64,000 bases of DNA from Candidatus Calescibacterium sp. (GTDB lineage: Bacteria; Calescibacteriota; Calescibacteriia; Calescibacteriales; Calescibacteriaceae), in NCBI GenBank assembly GCA_032249135.1, contig JAVVGL010000002.1, forward strand, positions 74,141-138,140, written 5' to 3'. The first letter of the stretch is position 1; the number at the start of each line of letters is the position of its first letter. The notes under the pieces are model-generated. The model searched no databases. It saw only the letters and a list, made by a program, of their open reading frames with translations, and had not been told where the DNA came from. Made by a program: the position numbers and the translations under genes. This document shows, piece by piece, positions 10,426-19,279 of the stretch.

Positions 10426-12501
10426 ATGAGGAGAGGAACAGATTTAATTGTTGCATTAGCTATATTTTCTATCTTGCTCATAATTCTTATACCACTACCA
10501 TCGATCCTTATAGATTTTCTCATAATATTGAGCTTTTCAGCAGCTGTGATGATTTTATTTACATCACTTTACATAAGACAACCAATAGAATTTTCAATAT
10601 ACCCTACAATTTTGCTGATAGTAACTCTATATAGGCTATCTTTGAATGTAGCAACAACGAGGAGAATTTTAGCTCACGGTCACGAGTTCGCAACAGGGGA
10701 AATCACAGGGAAAGTATCTTTCATAATAGAATTTTTCGGAAATGTTGTTATGGCTGGGAATTTTGTAATTGGACTCATAATTTTCATAGTTTTAACAGTC
10801 ATAAACCTTATTGTGATAACACGAGGAGCAGGAAGGATAGCTGAGGTTGCAGCAAGATTTACTCTTGATTCCCTCCCCGGAAAACAACTATCAATAGATG
10901 CAGACCTTAACGCAGGACTTATAACGGTAGAAGAAGCAAAAGAAAGAAGACAAAGGCTCACCCGTGAGGCAGATTTCTACGGCGCTATGGACGGAGCATC
11001 AAAATTCATAAGAGGAGAAGCAGTAGCTTCAATAATAATATTGTTTGTAAATATAATCGGAGGAATAATAATAGGAACTTTACAAAAAGGATTATCTATT
11101 GGAACAGCACTTTCAACATTTACAAAACTCACAGTCGGTGATGGTCTCGTTGCTCAAATACCAGCTCTTATGGTATCAACATCAGCAGGAATAATAATTT
11201 CAAGGTCATCAGGTGAGATGGAATTTACACAAGATATAACAAAACAATTCACAGCATATCCAAAGGCAGTTTTAGCTTCTGCGATAGTAATTGCAATGTT
11301 GGGACTTATAGTTATGAACTGGGCAACTCCGATTTTTCTTATGCTCGCAGGCGGGCTTTTAGCATACGCAATAAGAGCCATAAGAAAAGAAGAAGAGAGC
11401 AAAAAATTTGAGACGGTTCTCAAAGAACAAAAGTTAGCACAGGAACTCAAAATGAAACCAGAGGAAGAAGAAAGACAGCTTGAAACCATTTTACAACCAG
11501 ATGTACTGGGGCTTGAAGTCGGCTATGCACTCGTCCCTTACGTTGATGAAACACAGAATGGAGAAGTCGTAAGAAGAATAAAAGGTTTGAGAAGAACTCT
11601 CGCAGAAGAAATGGGAATAATTTTGCCCCCAGTTCACATAAGAGATAACCTTTCACTTAAACCAAACGAATATGCAATAATTCTAAAAGGAGTTGAAATC
11701 ATGAGAGGAGAAATAATCCCCGGAAAATATCTCGTTGTTGGAACAGAAAAACCAGATATAGAAGGAACACCAGCGAGAGACCCGGTATTTGGAGTTGAAA
11801 CCGTTTGGATAGATGAATCTCAAAAACCCGAAGCTCTTGCAAAAGGATACACCGTTGTTGACCCAGCATCAGTAATAATAACTCACTTTTCAGAAATGGT
11901 AAGAAGAAACGCTCATGAAATACTCACAAGGCAAGATACTCAAAAACTTCTTGACATAACAAAGAAAAATTACCCTAAACTTGTAGAAGATGTAACAAAC
12001 CTTGTATCGCTTTCTACAATTCACAGAGTTTTACAGAACCTACTCAAAGAAGGAATTCCAATAAAAGACCTCATAACAATTCTTGAAGCGATTGGAGATT
12101 GGGGTGGAACTGTAAAAGATCCCGACCAGCTTACAGAGTATGTAAGGCAAGCTCTGTGGAGACAAATTACAAAAATGTATGAAACAAATGGAGAAATAAT
12201 AGCAATAAGTTTAGATCCACAAACAGAGGAGAAAATATTAGAGGGTATAGAAGAAAAAGAAGGAGTAATAAAAATAAAAATTCCGCCACAATTTATCCAA
12301 AAGCTTATTAATTCAATAAGTGAGAATATCCAAAAATTCGTAAAGTATAAAGCTCAACCCATAGTAATTACATCACAGCAAACAAGGAGATTTGTAAAAA
12401 GAATGATTGAAAATTATTTCCCTATGGTTCCAGTAATTTCTTATCAGGAAATAGACCCAAAAATTAAAATAAGAATTCTCGGAATAATAAAATCTGAATA
12501 A
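10426..12501 (+). CDS. flhA: Flagellar export ATPase-platform protein FlhA
   Basis: RLSLNVATTR, GAGRIAEVAARFTLD, DFYGAMDGASKF, GDGLVAQIPAL; FHIPEP cytoplasmic domain. Confidence 0.95.
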   Translation: MRRGTDLIVALAIFSILLIILIPLPSILIDFLIILSFSAAVMILFTSLYIRQPIEFSIYPTILLIVTLYRLSLNVATTRRILAHGHEFATGEITGKVSFIIEFFGNVVMAGNFVIGLIIFIVLTVINLIVITRGAGRIAEVAARFTLDSLPGKQLSIDADLNAGLITVEEAKERRQRLTREADFYGAMDGASKFIRGEAVASIIILFVNIIGGIIIGTLQKGLSIGTALSTFTKLTVGDGLVAQIPALMVSTSAGIIISRSSGEMEFTQDITKQFTAYPKAVLASAIVIAMLGLIVMNWATPIFLMLAGGLLAYAIRAIRKEEESKKFETVLKEQKLAQELKMKPEEEERQLETILQPDVLGLEVGYALVPYVDETQNGEVVRRIKGLRRTLAEEMGIILPPVHIRDNLSLKPNEYAIILKGVEIMRGEIIPGKYLVVGTEKPDIEGTPARDPVFGVETVWIDESQKPEALAKGYTVVDPASVIITHFSEMVRRNAHEILTRQDTQKLLDITKKNYPKLVEDVTNLVSLSTIHRVLQNLLKEGIPIKDLITILEAIGDWGGTVKDPDQLTEYVRQALWRQITKMYETNGEIIAISLDPQTEEKILEGIEEKEGVIKIKIPPQFIQKLINSISENIQKFVKYKAQPIVITSQQTRRFVKRMIENYFPMVPVISYQEIDPKIKIRILGIIKSE

Positions 12502-12598
12502 CAAAATAGGGAAAAAGTAAATTTGAGAAAAGAAAATTTAAAAAAGAAGAATTTTTTTGATGACAAAGCAAAAGGAATAGAAAGAAAGAGTAAATAAG

Positions 12599-13153
12599 AT
12601 GAAAAAGCCGGAAAACATATTTACAGGGGCAAGAATAGTAGGATCTTTTATAATGCCTTTTCTTCTTGTTGCAGATATTCCGAGATTGATACCATTCATA
12701 TCCTACATAATATTTGCTCTGACGGATATCGTAGATGGCTTCATTTCAAGAAGGAGAAAAAATGAAAAAAACAATTCAGATTCCTCGGGCGATATTTTAG
12801 ACCCAGTTGCAGACAAAATGCTCTTTATTTCTTCGCTCATAACACTGATATATATTCAGAAAATCCCTTTATTTGTGTCAGTAATAATAACTTTAAGAGA
12901 AATTTTCATTTTGGGTTTAAGAGCAATTGCAGAAAGATACAAAATACACATAAAAAGCTCCCTTCTTGCAAAACTTAAAACATTCACAGGAAATGTTGCA
13001 GTATCAGCTTATATACTAAAAGATGAATACTTTGGAATATCGGCTCAAACCGTAGGAGATATTTTTATAATTTTATGCTTTATCTTATCTATAATAAGTG
13101 GAGCGGAATACATTACTTTCTTCCAAAAAGAAAAAAGAAAAATCTCAAAATAG
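12599..13153 (+). CDS. pgsA: CDP-alcohol phosphatidyltransferase (PgsA-like)
   Basis: TDIVDGFISR...GDILDPVADK CDP-alcohol motif; multi-TM; REI..GLR. Confidence 0.82.
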   Translation: MKKPENIFTGARIVGSFIMPFLLVADIPRLIPFISYIIFALTDIVDGFISRRRKNEKNNSDSSGDILDPVADKMLFISSLITLIYIQKIPLFVSVIITLREIFILGLRAIAERYKIHIKSSLLAKLKTFTGNVAVSAYILKDEYFGISAQTVGDIFIILCFILSIISGAEYITFFQKEKRKISK

Positions 13154-13173
13154 TTTATCTTTACACATCAGAA

Positions 13174-13551
13174 TTATATCAGATATAATTTAGTTACTCT
13201 TGGGTCAATTATTACATCTTCTTTTTCAAAATCAAGTTTTAATCTCCATGCTTGCATAGTCTTTGCTCCAATTATCACTTTTTCTGAAAGATTTTCAAGC
13301 ACCATAAACTCATCTGAAAACCTGTAACCATCAATATAAAATGTGAGTGGTATGCGGCTTTTGACTTCCATCTTCCTCCCTTTTTCAGCAGTGTATAATT
13401 CAAAAGGTTCTAATAAACTCACTATTCCACCTAACTCTTCTGCCAATTCCTTATCAATACACGAATAAGACGCTCCTGAATCAAATAACGCAATCTCCTT
13501 TCTTCTACTTTTAGAACCAACCAATTCTATCTCCTTTCGTATAATCGCCAT
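13174..13551 (-). CDS. Retropepsin-like (clan AA) aspartic protease, copy 2
   Basis: ALFDSGAS catalytic motif and IIG motif; 125 aa single domain. Confidence 0.85.
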   Translation of the reverse strand: MAIIRKEIELVGSKSRRKEIALFDSGASYSCIDKELAEELGGIVSLLEPFELYTAEKGRKMEVKSRIPLTFYIDGYRFSDEFMVLENLSEKVIIGAKTMQAWRLKLDFEKEDVIIDPRVTKLYLI

Positions 13552-13553
13552 AT

Positions 13554-13982
13554 CTATATTTTAATACTAAAATTGCTAATTACAGAATCTTGAGAAGAAA
13601 TTAGAATTATCAGCTGAATTTCAGTCACTCTTGGGTCAATTATTATATCTTCTTTTTCAAAATCAAGTTTTAATCTCCACGCTTGCATAGTCTTTGCTCC
13701 AATTATTACTTTCTCCGAAAGATTCTCAATAATCAAAAACTCGTCTGAAAATCGGTAACCACTAAGATAAAAATCTAATACCACCCTTTCTTTAACCTCC
13801 ATATAATTTTTTTCTTGCGCAGTTATTAATCTGATAGGTCGCGTTAGGGGTAAAATAATCTCCAATTCTTGAGCTATTTCTTTTCTTATGCAGGAATATG
13901 TTGCCCCTGAATCAAATAATGCTATCTCCTTTCTTTTGCCTTTAGAACCAACCAACTCTATCTCCTTTCTTATGATCGCCAT
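13554..13982 (-). CDS. Retropepsin-like (clan AA) aspartic protease, copy 1
   Basis: ALFDSGAT and IIG motifs; start set at MAIIRKE by analogy with the paralog. Confidence 0.85.
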   Translation of the reverse strand: MAIIRKEIELVGSKGKRKEIALFDSGATYSCIRKEIAQELEIILPLTRPIRLITAQEKNYMEVKERVVLDFYLSGYRFSDEFLIIENLSEKVIIGAKTMQAWRLKLDFEKEDIIIDPRVTEIQLIILISSQDSVISNFSIKI

Positions 13983-14006
13983 ATTTATAATATAGAGCAA
14001 ATTTCT

Positions 14007-14144
14007 CTACCAAATAAGTCCTTCTAACTCTTTTATGTCTTTAAGTTCTGCTGGATGTTTTTCATAATCTGGTGGAGCAAGTTCTTCATGATGAATGTTG
14101 TTAGCTATCCATTTGATTTCGTTTTCGTTAAGTAGATCTTTTGA
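14007..14144 (-). pseudogene. Start-less 45-codon gene remnant, in frame immediately after the SpoIID-domain gene's stop
   Basis: SKDLLNENEIKWIANNIHHEELAPPDYEKHPAELKDIKELEGLIW*; protein-like composition, no ATG. Confidence 0.45.
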
Positions 14145-15116
14145 TTAGTAGATTTTTTTGAGCTTCAGGAGTGGGAAATAAAAGAGCAAAATTTCCCTCC
14201 AAGACTTGCCTTCCTCGGCAAGCTTTTTTGCTCCCCACTGACACATCCCGACGCCGTGCCCAAATCCTCTCCCAAAAAACAAAATATAATTTTCATCATC
14301 AATTTCAAACGAGAAAAAATTACTCGGCAATCCCAAAACCTCTCTTATCTGATTGTATCCAAGATAAAAACCCGGATTCAAAAAAATCTTTCTGACCCTC
14401 CCAGAACTCGTATGCTCATAGGAAAAAGAAAAAAATTTAGATATCCTTTCTGATATTGGGTCATCTTCCTTCTTTAAAATCTTCTGAATATCGCTAATTT
14501 TAAACTTTCTCCTCCAGAAAAAATAAGGTGAATCGTAGCATTTATTGCATTTTACAGATATGATGAAATTTTTGATCTCCGGGTCCTGATCGCTATTCCA
14601 CAACTCATATGCGTTCTCGGTTGAGCCACCACATGTTGAATGAAAAAATCCCGGCGCAATATTACCTGATGGAAAAGTAAGAACCCATCCTCTTGTTTCA
14701 AAAACAGCTTTCCTGACTTTTCCAAAAAAATCCCTATATTCGTCCAAAGGAATCCAGACCTGATCAGACTGACTTGCTAAAAATTCTTTTTTTCCTCTGA
14801 TGATGTGATATATCGTCCACGACCTCGCAACAACAGCCTGTGCCTTTAAAACCTCCTCTTCCCATTTGAGCGGTATTTCTCCTGCAACTACTCCTTGAAG
14901 GTATTCTTCTAATTCAAGCCTTATTTTTTTGCCTTTATAAACTACCCAAACAGAATAGGAATAAGAAGGTATGCAAAAGAAATAAAAAAAGAAAATCAGG
15001 AAAGATAGGAAAGAAAAAACGAGTCCATAAGCTCTAAATAAAAAATTTTCTAATTTCTTTCTAAAAATTTGAAGATTCACTATAATTAAATTATATAAAA
15101 AACGGGGAAGAGTCAT
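14145..15116 (-). CDS. SpoIID/LytB-domain lytic transglycosylase (true start probably downstream of 15116)
   Basis: LEEYLQGVVAGEI, LKAQAVVARS, FHSTCGG, GRGFGHGVGMCQWGA. Confidence 0.9.
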   Translation of the reverse strand: MTLPRFLYNLIIVNLQIFRKKLENFLFRAYGLVFSFLSFLIFFFYFFCIPSYSYSVWVVYKGKKIRLELEEYLQGVVAGEIPLKWEEEVLKAQAVVARSWTIYHIIRGKKEFLASQSDQVWIPLDEYRDFFGKVRKAVFETRGWVLTFPSGNIAPGFFHSTCGGSTENAYELWNSDQDPEIKNFIISVKCNKCYDSPYFFWRRKFKISDIQKILKKEDDPISERISKFFSFSYEHTSSGRVRKIFLNPGFYLGYNQIREVLGLPSNFFSFEIDDENYILFFGRGFGHGVGMCQWGAKKLAEEGKSWREILLFYFPLLKLKKIY

Positions 15117-15191
15117 GATACGGGGAAATCAACAAAAACAAAATTTGTGCAAATGGAAGAGATGGATAAAATTGAATAGGAGGAAAAAGAG

Positions 15192-16271
15192 ATGGAAAAA
15201 TCAGAGGGAGAAATTACAATTTCAGATAATATAAGTGAAATTCTCTCATCTATAACATCTGCAGAAGAGAGGACAATGATACCGGGAAGGAAATGTCTCA
15301 TAATAGATGACTCCAAATTTATACGTGAGCAAATAAAAAAAATTCTTTGTGATAACAAATTATTTGCCCCAGAAGATATAATAGAAGCCGTAGATGGTCT
15401 TGAAGGTTTCAAAAAATATATAGAAAATCTTGAAAACCTTGACCTTGTTTTATGTGATGTCCAAATGAGGAACTTAGATGGTATAAAATTCGTAGGAATG
15501 GTAAAAAACTTTGAAGAAAAAATAAGGAATGAAGGTAAAGCTTACCTATATTTCCTTACAAGAATAACTCCTATAATTATAATAACTGCCACAGCAACGA
15601 AAGATGAAAAATTTAAAGCTTTGCAACTCGGAGCAATAGATTTTATACTCAAACCATCTCAGGAAATAACTTTTGAAGATTTTGAGAGAGAAATAATAAT
15701 CCGTTCAAAAAATCATATCTTTCTGAAAAGAAGTCAGGAAATGCTATTTCAGACAAGTCTGAAACTTCGTCAAGCTTCAATTATAGACCCCCTTACAGGA
15801 GTCTTTAACAGAAGATACATGAATGAAATTTTAAATCAGGAAATATCAAGAGTTGAAAGAAAAGGTGGTATAATATCTGCGATGATAATTGATTTAGATA
15901 ATTTCAAAAAAATAAACGACACATACGGGCACATCGTAGGAGACAATATTTTAGTGGAGTTCGCAGAAAGAGTAAAGAAATTGAAGAGAAAATATGACTA
16001 TGTAGTAAGATACGGAGGAGATGAATTTTTAGTTATTCTTCCTGAAACGAGAATAGATGGTGTAGAATCACTTTTTGAAAGACTTATAAGAGGATTTGAA
16101 AAAGAACCCCCCATGATTGGTAATTCTAAAATAACTTTGAGGTTTTCTGCTGGTGCGTCATTTTTCCCATCACCAAAAACCAGAACAGCCGAAGACCTAA
16201 TAAGGAATGCGGATAACGCTTTATATGAAGCAAAAAAAAGTGGAAAATCGTGCATCAAATTTTTTTATTAA
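15192..16271 (+). CDS. Response regulator diguanylate cyclase (REC-GGDEF)
   Basis: IIDDS, LCDVQM, ILKP receiver motifs; DPLTG.FNRR; RKYD I-site 5 residues before GGDEF. Confidence 0.93.
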   Translation: MEKSEGEITISDNISEILSSITSAEERTMIPGRKCLIIDDSKFIREQIKKILCDNKLFAPEDIIEAVDGLEGFKKYIENLENLDLVLCDVQMRNLDGIKFVGMVKNFEEKIRNEGKAYLYFLTRITPIIIITATATKDEKFKALQLGAIDFILKPSQEITFEDFEREIIIRSKNHIFLKRSQEMLFQTSLKLRQASIIDPLTGVFNRRYMNEILNQEISRVERKGGIISAMIIDLDNFKKINDTYGHIVGDNILVEFAERVKKLKRKYDYVVRYGGDEFLVILPETRIDGVESLFERLIRGFEKEPPMIGNSKITLRFSAGASFFPSPKTRTAEDLIRNADNALYEAKKSGKSCIKFFY

Positions 16272-16284
16272 AATAATAATCATT

Positions 16285-16482
16285 ATGGCAAGATGTTATT
16301 TCTGCGGTAAAACCACACAATTTGGGCATAATGTTTCTCATGCGGGAAACAGAACTCCAAGAAAATTCAAAGCAAATATAAAAAGAGTGAGAGCAATAAT
16401 ACAAGTAAATGGAACAAAAATAAAGAAAAGATTAAATGTCTGCACAACTTGCATAAAAATGGGGAAACACCTTGGAATGTAA
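16285..16482 (+). CDS. rpmB: 50S ribosomal protein L28 (Zn-binding CxxC...CxxC type)
   Basis: MARCYFCGKTTQFGHNVSHAGNRTPRKFKAN...VCTTCIK; ATG at 16285. Confidence 0.95.
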   Translation: MARCYFCGKTTQFGHNVSHAGNRTPRKFKANIKRVRAIIQVNGTKIKKRLNVCTTCIKMGKHLGM

Positions 16483-16548
16483 AACAGCCCAAATCAAATC
16501 AGACTGCAAACAGAAATAAAATTAAAATAAGTCATTAAATTCTTATAT

Positions 16549-18672
16549 ATGAGGATAAAGGAAATATGTGATGCTATCACAAGTTACCACCCATCTCCTG
16601 ACCTTTCGCTTATAAAAAGAGCGTATATTTACGCTTGCTATTATCACAAATCTCAAAAAAGGCTCTCGGGAGAGCCATATATAGTACATCCTCTCGGCGT
16701 TGCCAAAATTCTGACAGAACTTAGAGCAGATGACAAAACAATAGCAGCTGGATTACTACATGATATAGCCGAAGATACTCCCAACACAATAGAAGATATA
16801 AAGAAGCATTTCGGAGATGAAGTCGCTTTCCTCATAGACGGTGTAACTAAAATTTCAAAATTCAAAATAAATTTGAATGCAGATGAAAGACATATAGAGA
16901 ACCTCAGAAAAATGTTCGTATTTATGGCAAAAGATGTGAGAGTTGTTCTGATAAAGCTCGCGGATAGACTTGATAACATGCGCTCAATAGAATTTCTCCC
17001 GGAAGAAAGCAGGAAAAGAATGGCAGATGAGACACTAAAAATCTTTGCCCCAATAGCCCACAGATTAGGTCTATACAATATAAAAACTGAACTTGAAGAT
17101 AGAGCATTTGAAGTACTATATCCCGAAGCAGCAGAGTACATAAAAAAGAGGTTAAAAAAAATAAGGGAAGAAGGAGAAAAAATAATCAAGGAAACTGAGA
17201 AAAAAGTTGCAGAAATATTAGAAAAAGAGGGCATAGAAGGGTTCAAAATAGAAAGTAGAATAAAGGGAATTTACAGCATATGGGAAAAAACAATAAGGCA
17301 GGGAATTGATATTGAAAATATCTACGACATAATAGGTCTGAGAATAATAGTAAAAACAATTCCAGACTGTTACAGAGTTTTAGGAGTGCTACATTCGTAT
17401 TTCAAACCCATCCCAGGTAAATTCAAAGATTACATCGCTATACCAAAGCCGAACGGATACAAATCTCTGCATACAAAAGTTATACTACCTGGAGGTAATA
17501 AGGTTGAATTTCAGGTAAGAACATATGAGATGCACAAAGAAGCAGAAGAGGGAATTTCAGCTCATTGGGCATACAAAGAAAAATCCCCTATATCCCAAGC
17601 TGGTATGAAGATTTTCTCATGGCTCAGAAATATCCTTGAGCTCTCAAGAGAAACCCCAGAGTATGAGGTTGAAAAAATCGTTGAAGATATATACCCAGAT
17701 GAAATATATGTCTTTACTCCGAAAGGAGATGTGAAAGTTTTACCAAGAGGAGCAACCGTTTTGGATTTTGCCTATTCCATACATTCCGAACTCGGAGCAA
17801 CTTGTGTGGGAGCAAAAGTGAACGGGAAACTCCAACCAATAGACTATACACTCAAAAGCGGAGATGTAGTTGAAATACTTACTTCAAAGAATCAGAAACC
17901 AAAAAGGTCTTGGCTTAACATCGTTATAACTCAAAGAGCAAAATCAAGAATAAAACAGTTTATAAATAAAGAAGAAAAACAAATAGCAAGGGAGATAGGA
18001 GAAGAAACTCTAAAAAAAGAATTGAGGAGATTAGGAATAAGTTTTTATGATATAATAAAAACGGGTCAGCTGCACAAAGTCATAAACTCCCTGAATATAA
18101 AAGACCTTGGCGAACTCTTTATACTTTTAGGATCAGGGAAAATAAGTGTAAATTATATAATTAAAAACCTAAAAAAATTTCTTAACGGGCAAAAATTAGA
18201 AAAAGGAGAGGAAAAAGAAAGCATCTCACAAGAAAAAGAAGAAATAAAAGAACTTCGTGGGAGTCTCAAAGGAATAAAGACTCGTTTTGCCCTTTGCTGC
18301 ACACCCGTGTATGGAGACGAAGTTGTAGGATATATAACCCGTGGATATGGCATAGTAATTCATAGAAAAGATTGTGAAGAACTTTCTCATCTTGACAAGG
18401 AAAGGCTCATCAAAATACCGCAAGATGAACTCCCCAACGACCAATATATAAGCAGGATAAGGTTTTTTGCAGATTCCCAGGAAGTTATATCAGATGTTAT
18501 AGCAAAAATAAAAAAGGAGGGTTTTGAGGTGAAGGAATTTAGAGCAAAGAGCAACAACGAAAAATTTGAGTTTGAAATAAGAGTAAAAGTTAAAGATAAA
18601 TCAGATGTGGAAAAAATTATATCTGAACTTTCATCTATGAAAAACATACAAAATATCGGGAGAGCAATTTAA
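16549..18672 (+). CDS. relA: Bifunctional (p)ppGpp synthetase/hydrolase (long RSH)
   Basis: SGEPYIVHP, LLHD, KLADRLDNMR, KDYIAIPKPNGYKSLHT, TGS domain (VFTPKG), CCTP zinc finger, ACT-like C-terminus. Confidence 0.95.
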   Translation: MRIKEICDAITSYHPSPDLSLIKRAYIYACYYHKSQKRLSGEPYIVHPLGVAKILTELRADDKTIAAGLLHDIAEDTPNTIEDIKKHFGDEVAFLIDGVTKISKFKINLNADERHIENLRKMFVFMAKDVRVVLIKLADRLDNMRSIEFLPEESRKRMADETLKIFAPIAHRLGLYNIKTELEDRAFEVLYPEAAEYIKKRLKKIREEGEKIIKETEKKVAEILEKEGIEGFKIESRIKGIYSIWEKTIRQGIDIENIYDIIGLRIIVKTIPDCYRVLGVLHSYFKPIPGKFKDYIAIPKPNGYKSLHTKVILPGGNKVEFQVRTYEMHKEAEEGISAHWAYKEKSPISQAGMKIFSWLRNILELSRETPEYEVEKIVEDIYPDEIYVFTPKGDVKVLPRGATVLDFAYSIHSELGATCVGAKVNGKLQPIDYTLKSGDVVEILTSKNQKPKRSWLNIVITQRAKSRIKQFINKEEKQIAREIGEETLKKELRRLGISFYDIIKTGQLHKVINSLNIKDLGELFILLGSGKISVNYIIKNLKKFLNGQKLEKGEEKESISQEKEEIKELRGSLKGIKTRFALCCTPVYGDEVVGYITRGYGIVIHRKDCEELSHLDKERLIKIPQDELPNDQYISRIRFFADSQEVISDVIAKIKKEGFEVKEFRAKSNNEKFEFEIRVKVKDKSDVEKIISELSSMKNIQNIGRAI

Positions 18673-18730
18673 AATTGGCATTATACAAAAATTGACACTA
18701 TCCATCAGAAAAAAGTAAAATTTTATAAAT

Positions 18731-19270
18731 ATGATTGAAGTTGCAATGGCAACCAATCTTATTTTCCTCATACTTATGATAATTTTCGCTATAAAAATGA
18801 GAGCAGATTTTCAGGAACTCAAAAAGCAAATTCTTGAAAAAGATAAAAATAAGGAAGGAAAAGATGCAGAAAAAATAAGCGATTTGAAAGAAAAAATAGA
18901 ACAAATAGAAATGAAAACAATCTCTCATGAGGAGAGAATAACATCCCTTGAATTTGATACAAAAGAAATAAGAGAGAGAATTGGACAACTCAGTCAAATA
19001 TCATCAGAAAACAAAGAAAAAATCAACCTACTTGAAAAGGTTTTAGCATCATTAAAAATAAAACAAAATGAAAACGAAAAAGAAAAGTATGTAGAGAAGG
19101 AACACACAGAAAAAAAAGAAAAGGATGCCGAAGCGGACAACATAAAAAAACTTGACATGGTTTTAAAATATGCTCAGGAAGGAAAAACAGAAGAAGAAAT
19201 AGCAAAATTCACAGGACTATCTTATGAGGAGGTAAAGCTTATCCTTAAAATGAAAAATAAAGGAGAGTGA
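18731..19270 (+). CDS. Membrane-anchored coiled-coil protein with C-terminal HTH-like motif (DUF2802-like)
   Basis: N-terminal TM, K/E coiled coil, C-terminal GKTEEEIAKFTGLSYEEVKLIL; TTGACA-18-TAAAAT upstream. Confidence 0.6.
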   Translation: MIEVAMATNLIFLILMIIFAIKMRADFQELKKQILEKDKNKEGKDAEKISDLKEKIEQIEMKTISHEERITSLEFDTKEIRERIGQLSQISSENKEKINLLEKVLASLKIKQNENEKEKYVEKEHTEKKEKDAEADNIKKLDMVLKYAQEGKTEEEIAKFTGLSYEEVKLILKMKNKGE

Positions 19271-19279
19271 AAGAAAAAG

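Noticed and set aside
10426..12501. Non-flagellar type III secretion SctV
   Set aside because: Sequence fits FlhA, and fliO, which is flagellum-specific, is present in the window.
18675..18697. Sigma54 promoter (TTGGCA...TTG) before ORF 18731
   Set aside because: Spacing between GG and a GC element does not fit -24/-12; a sigma70 TTGACA/TAAAAT reading fits better.
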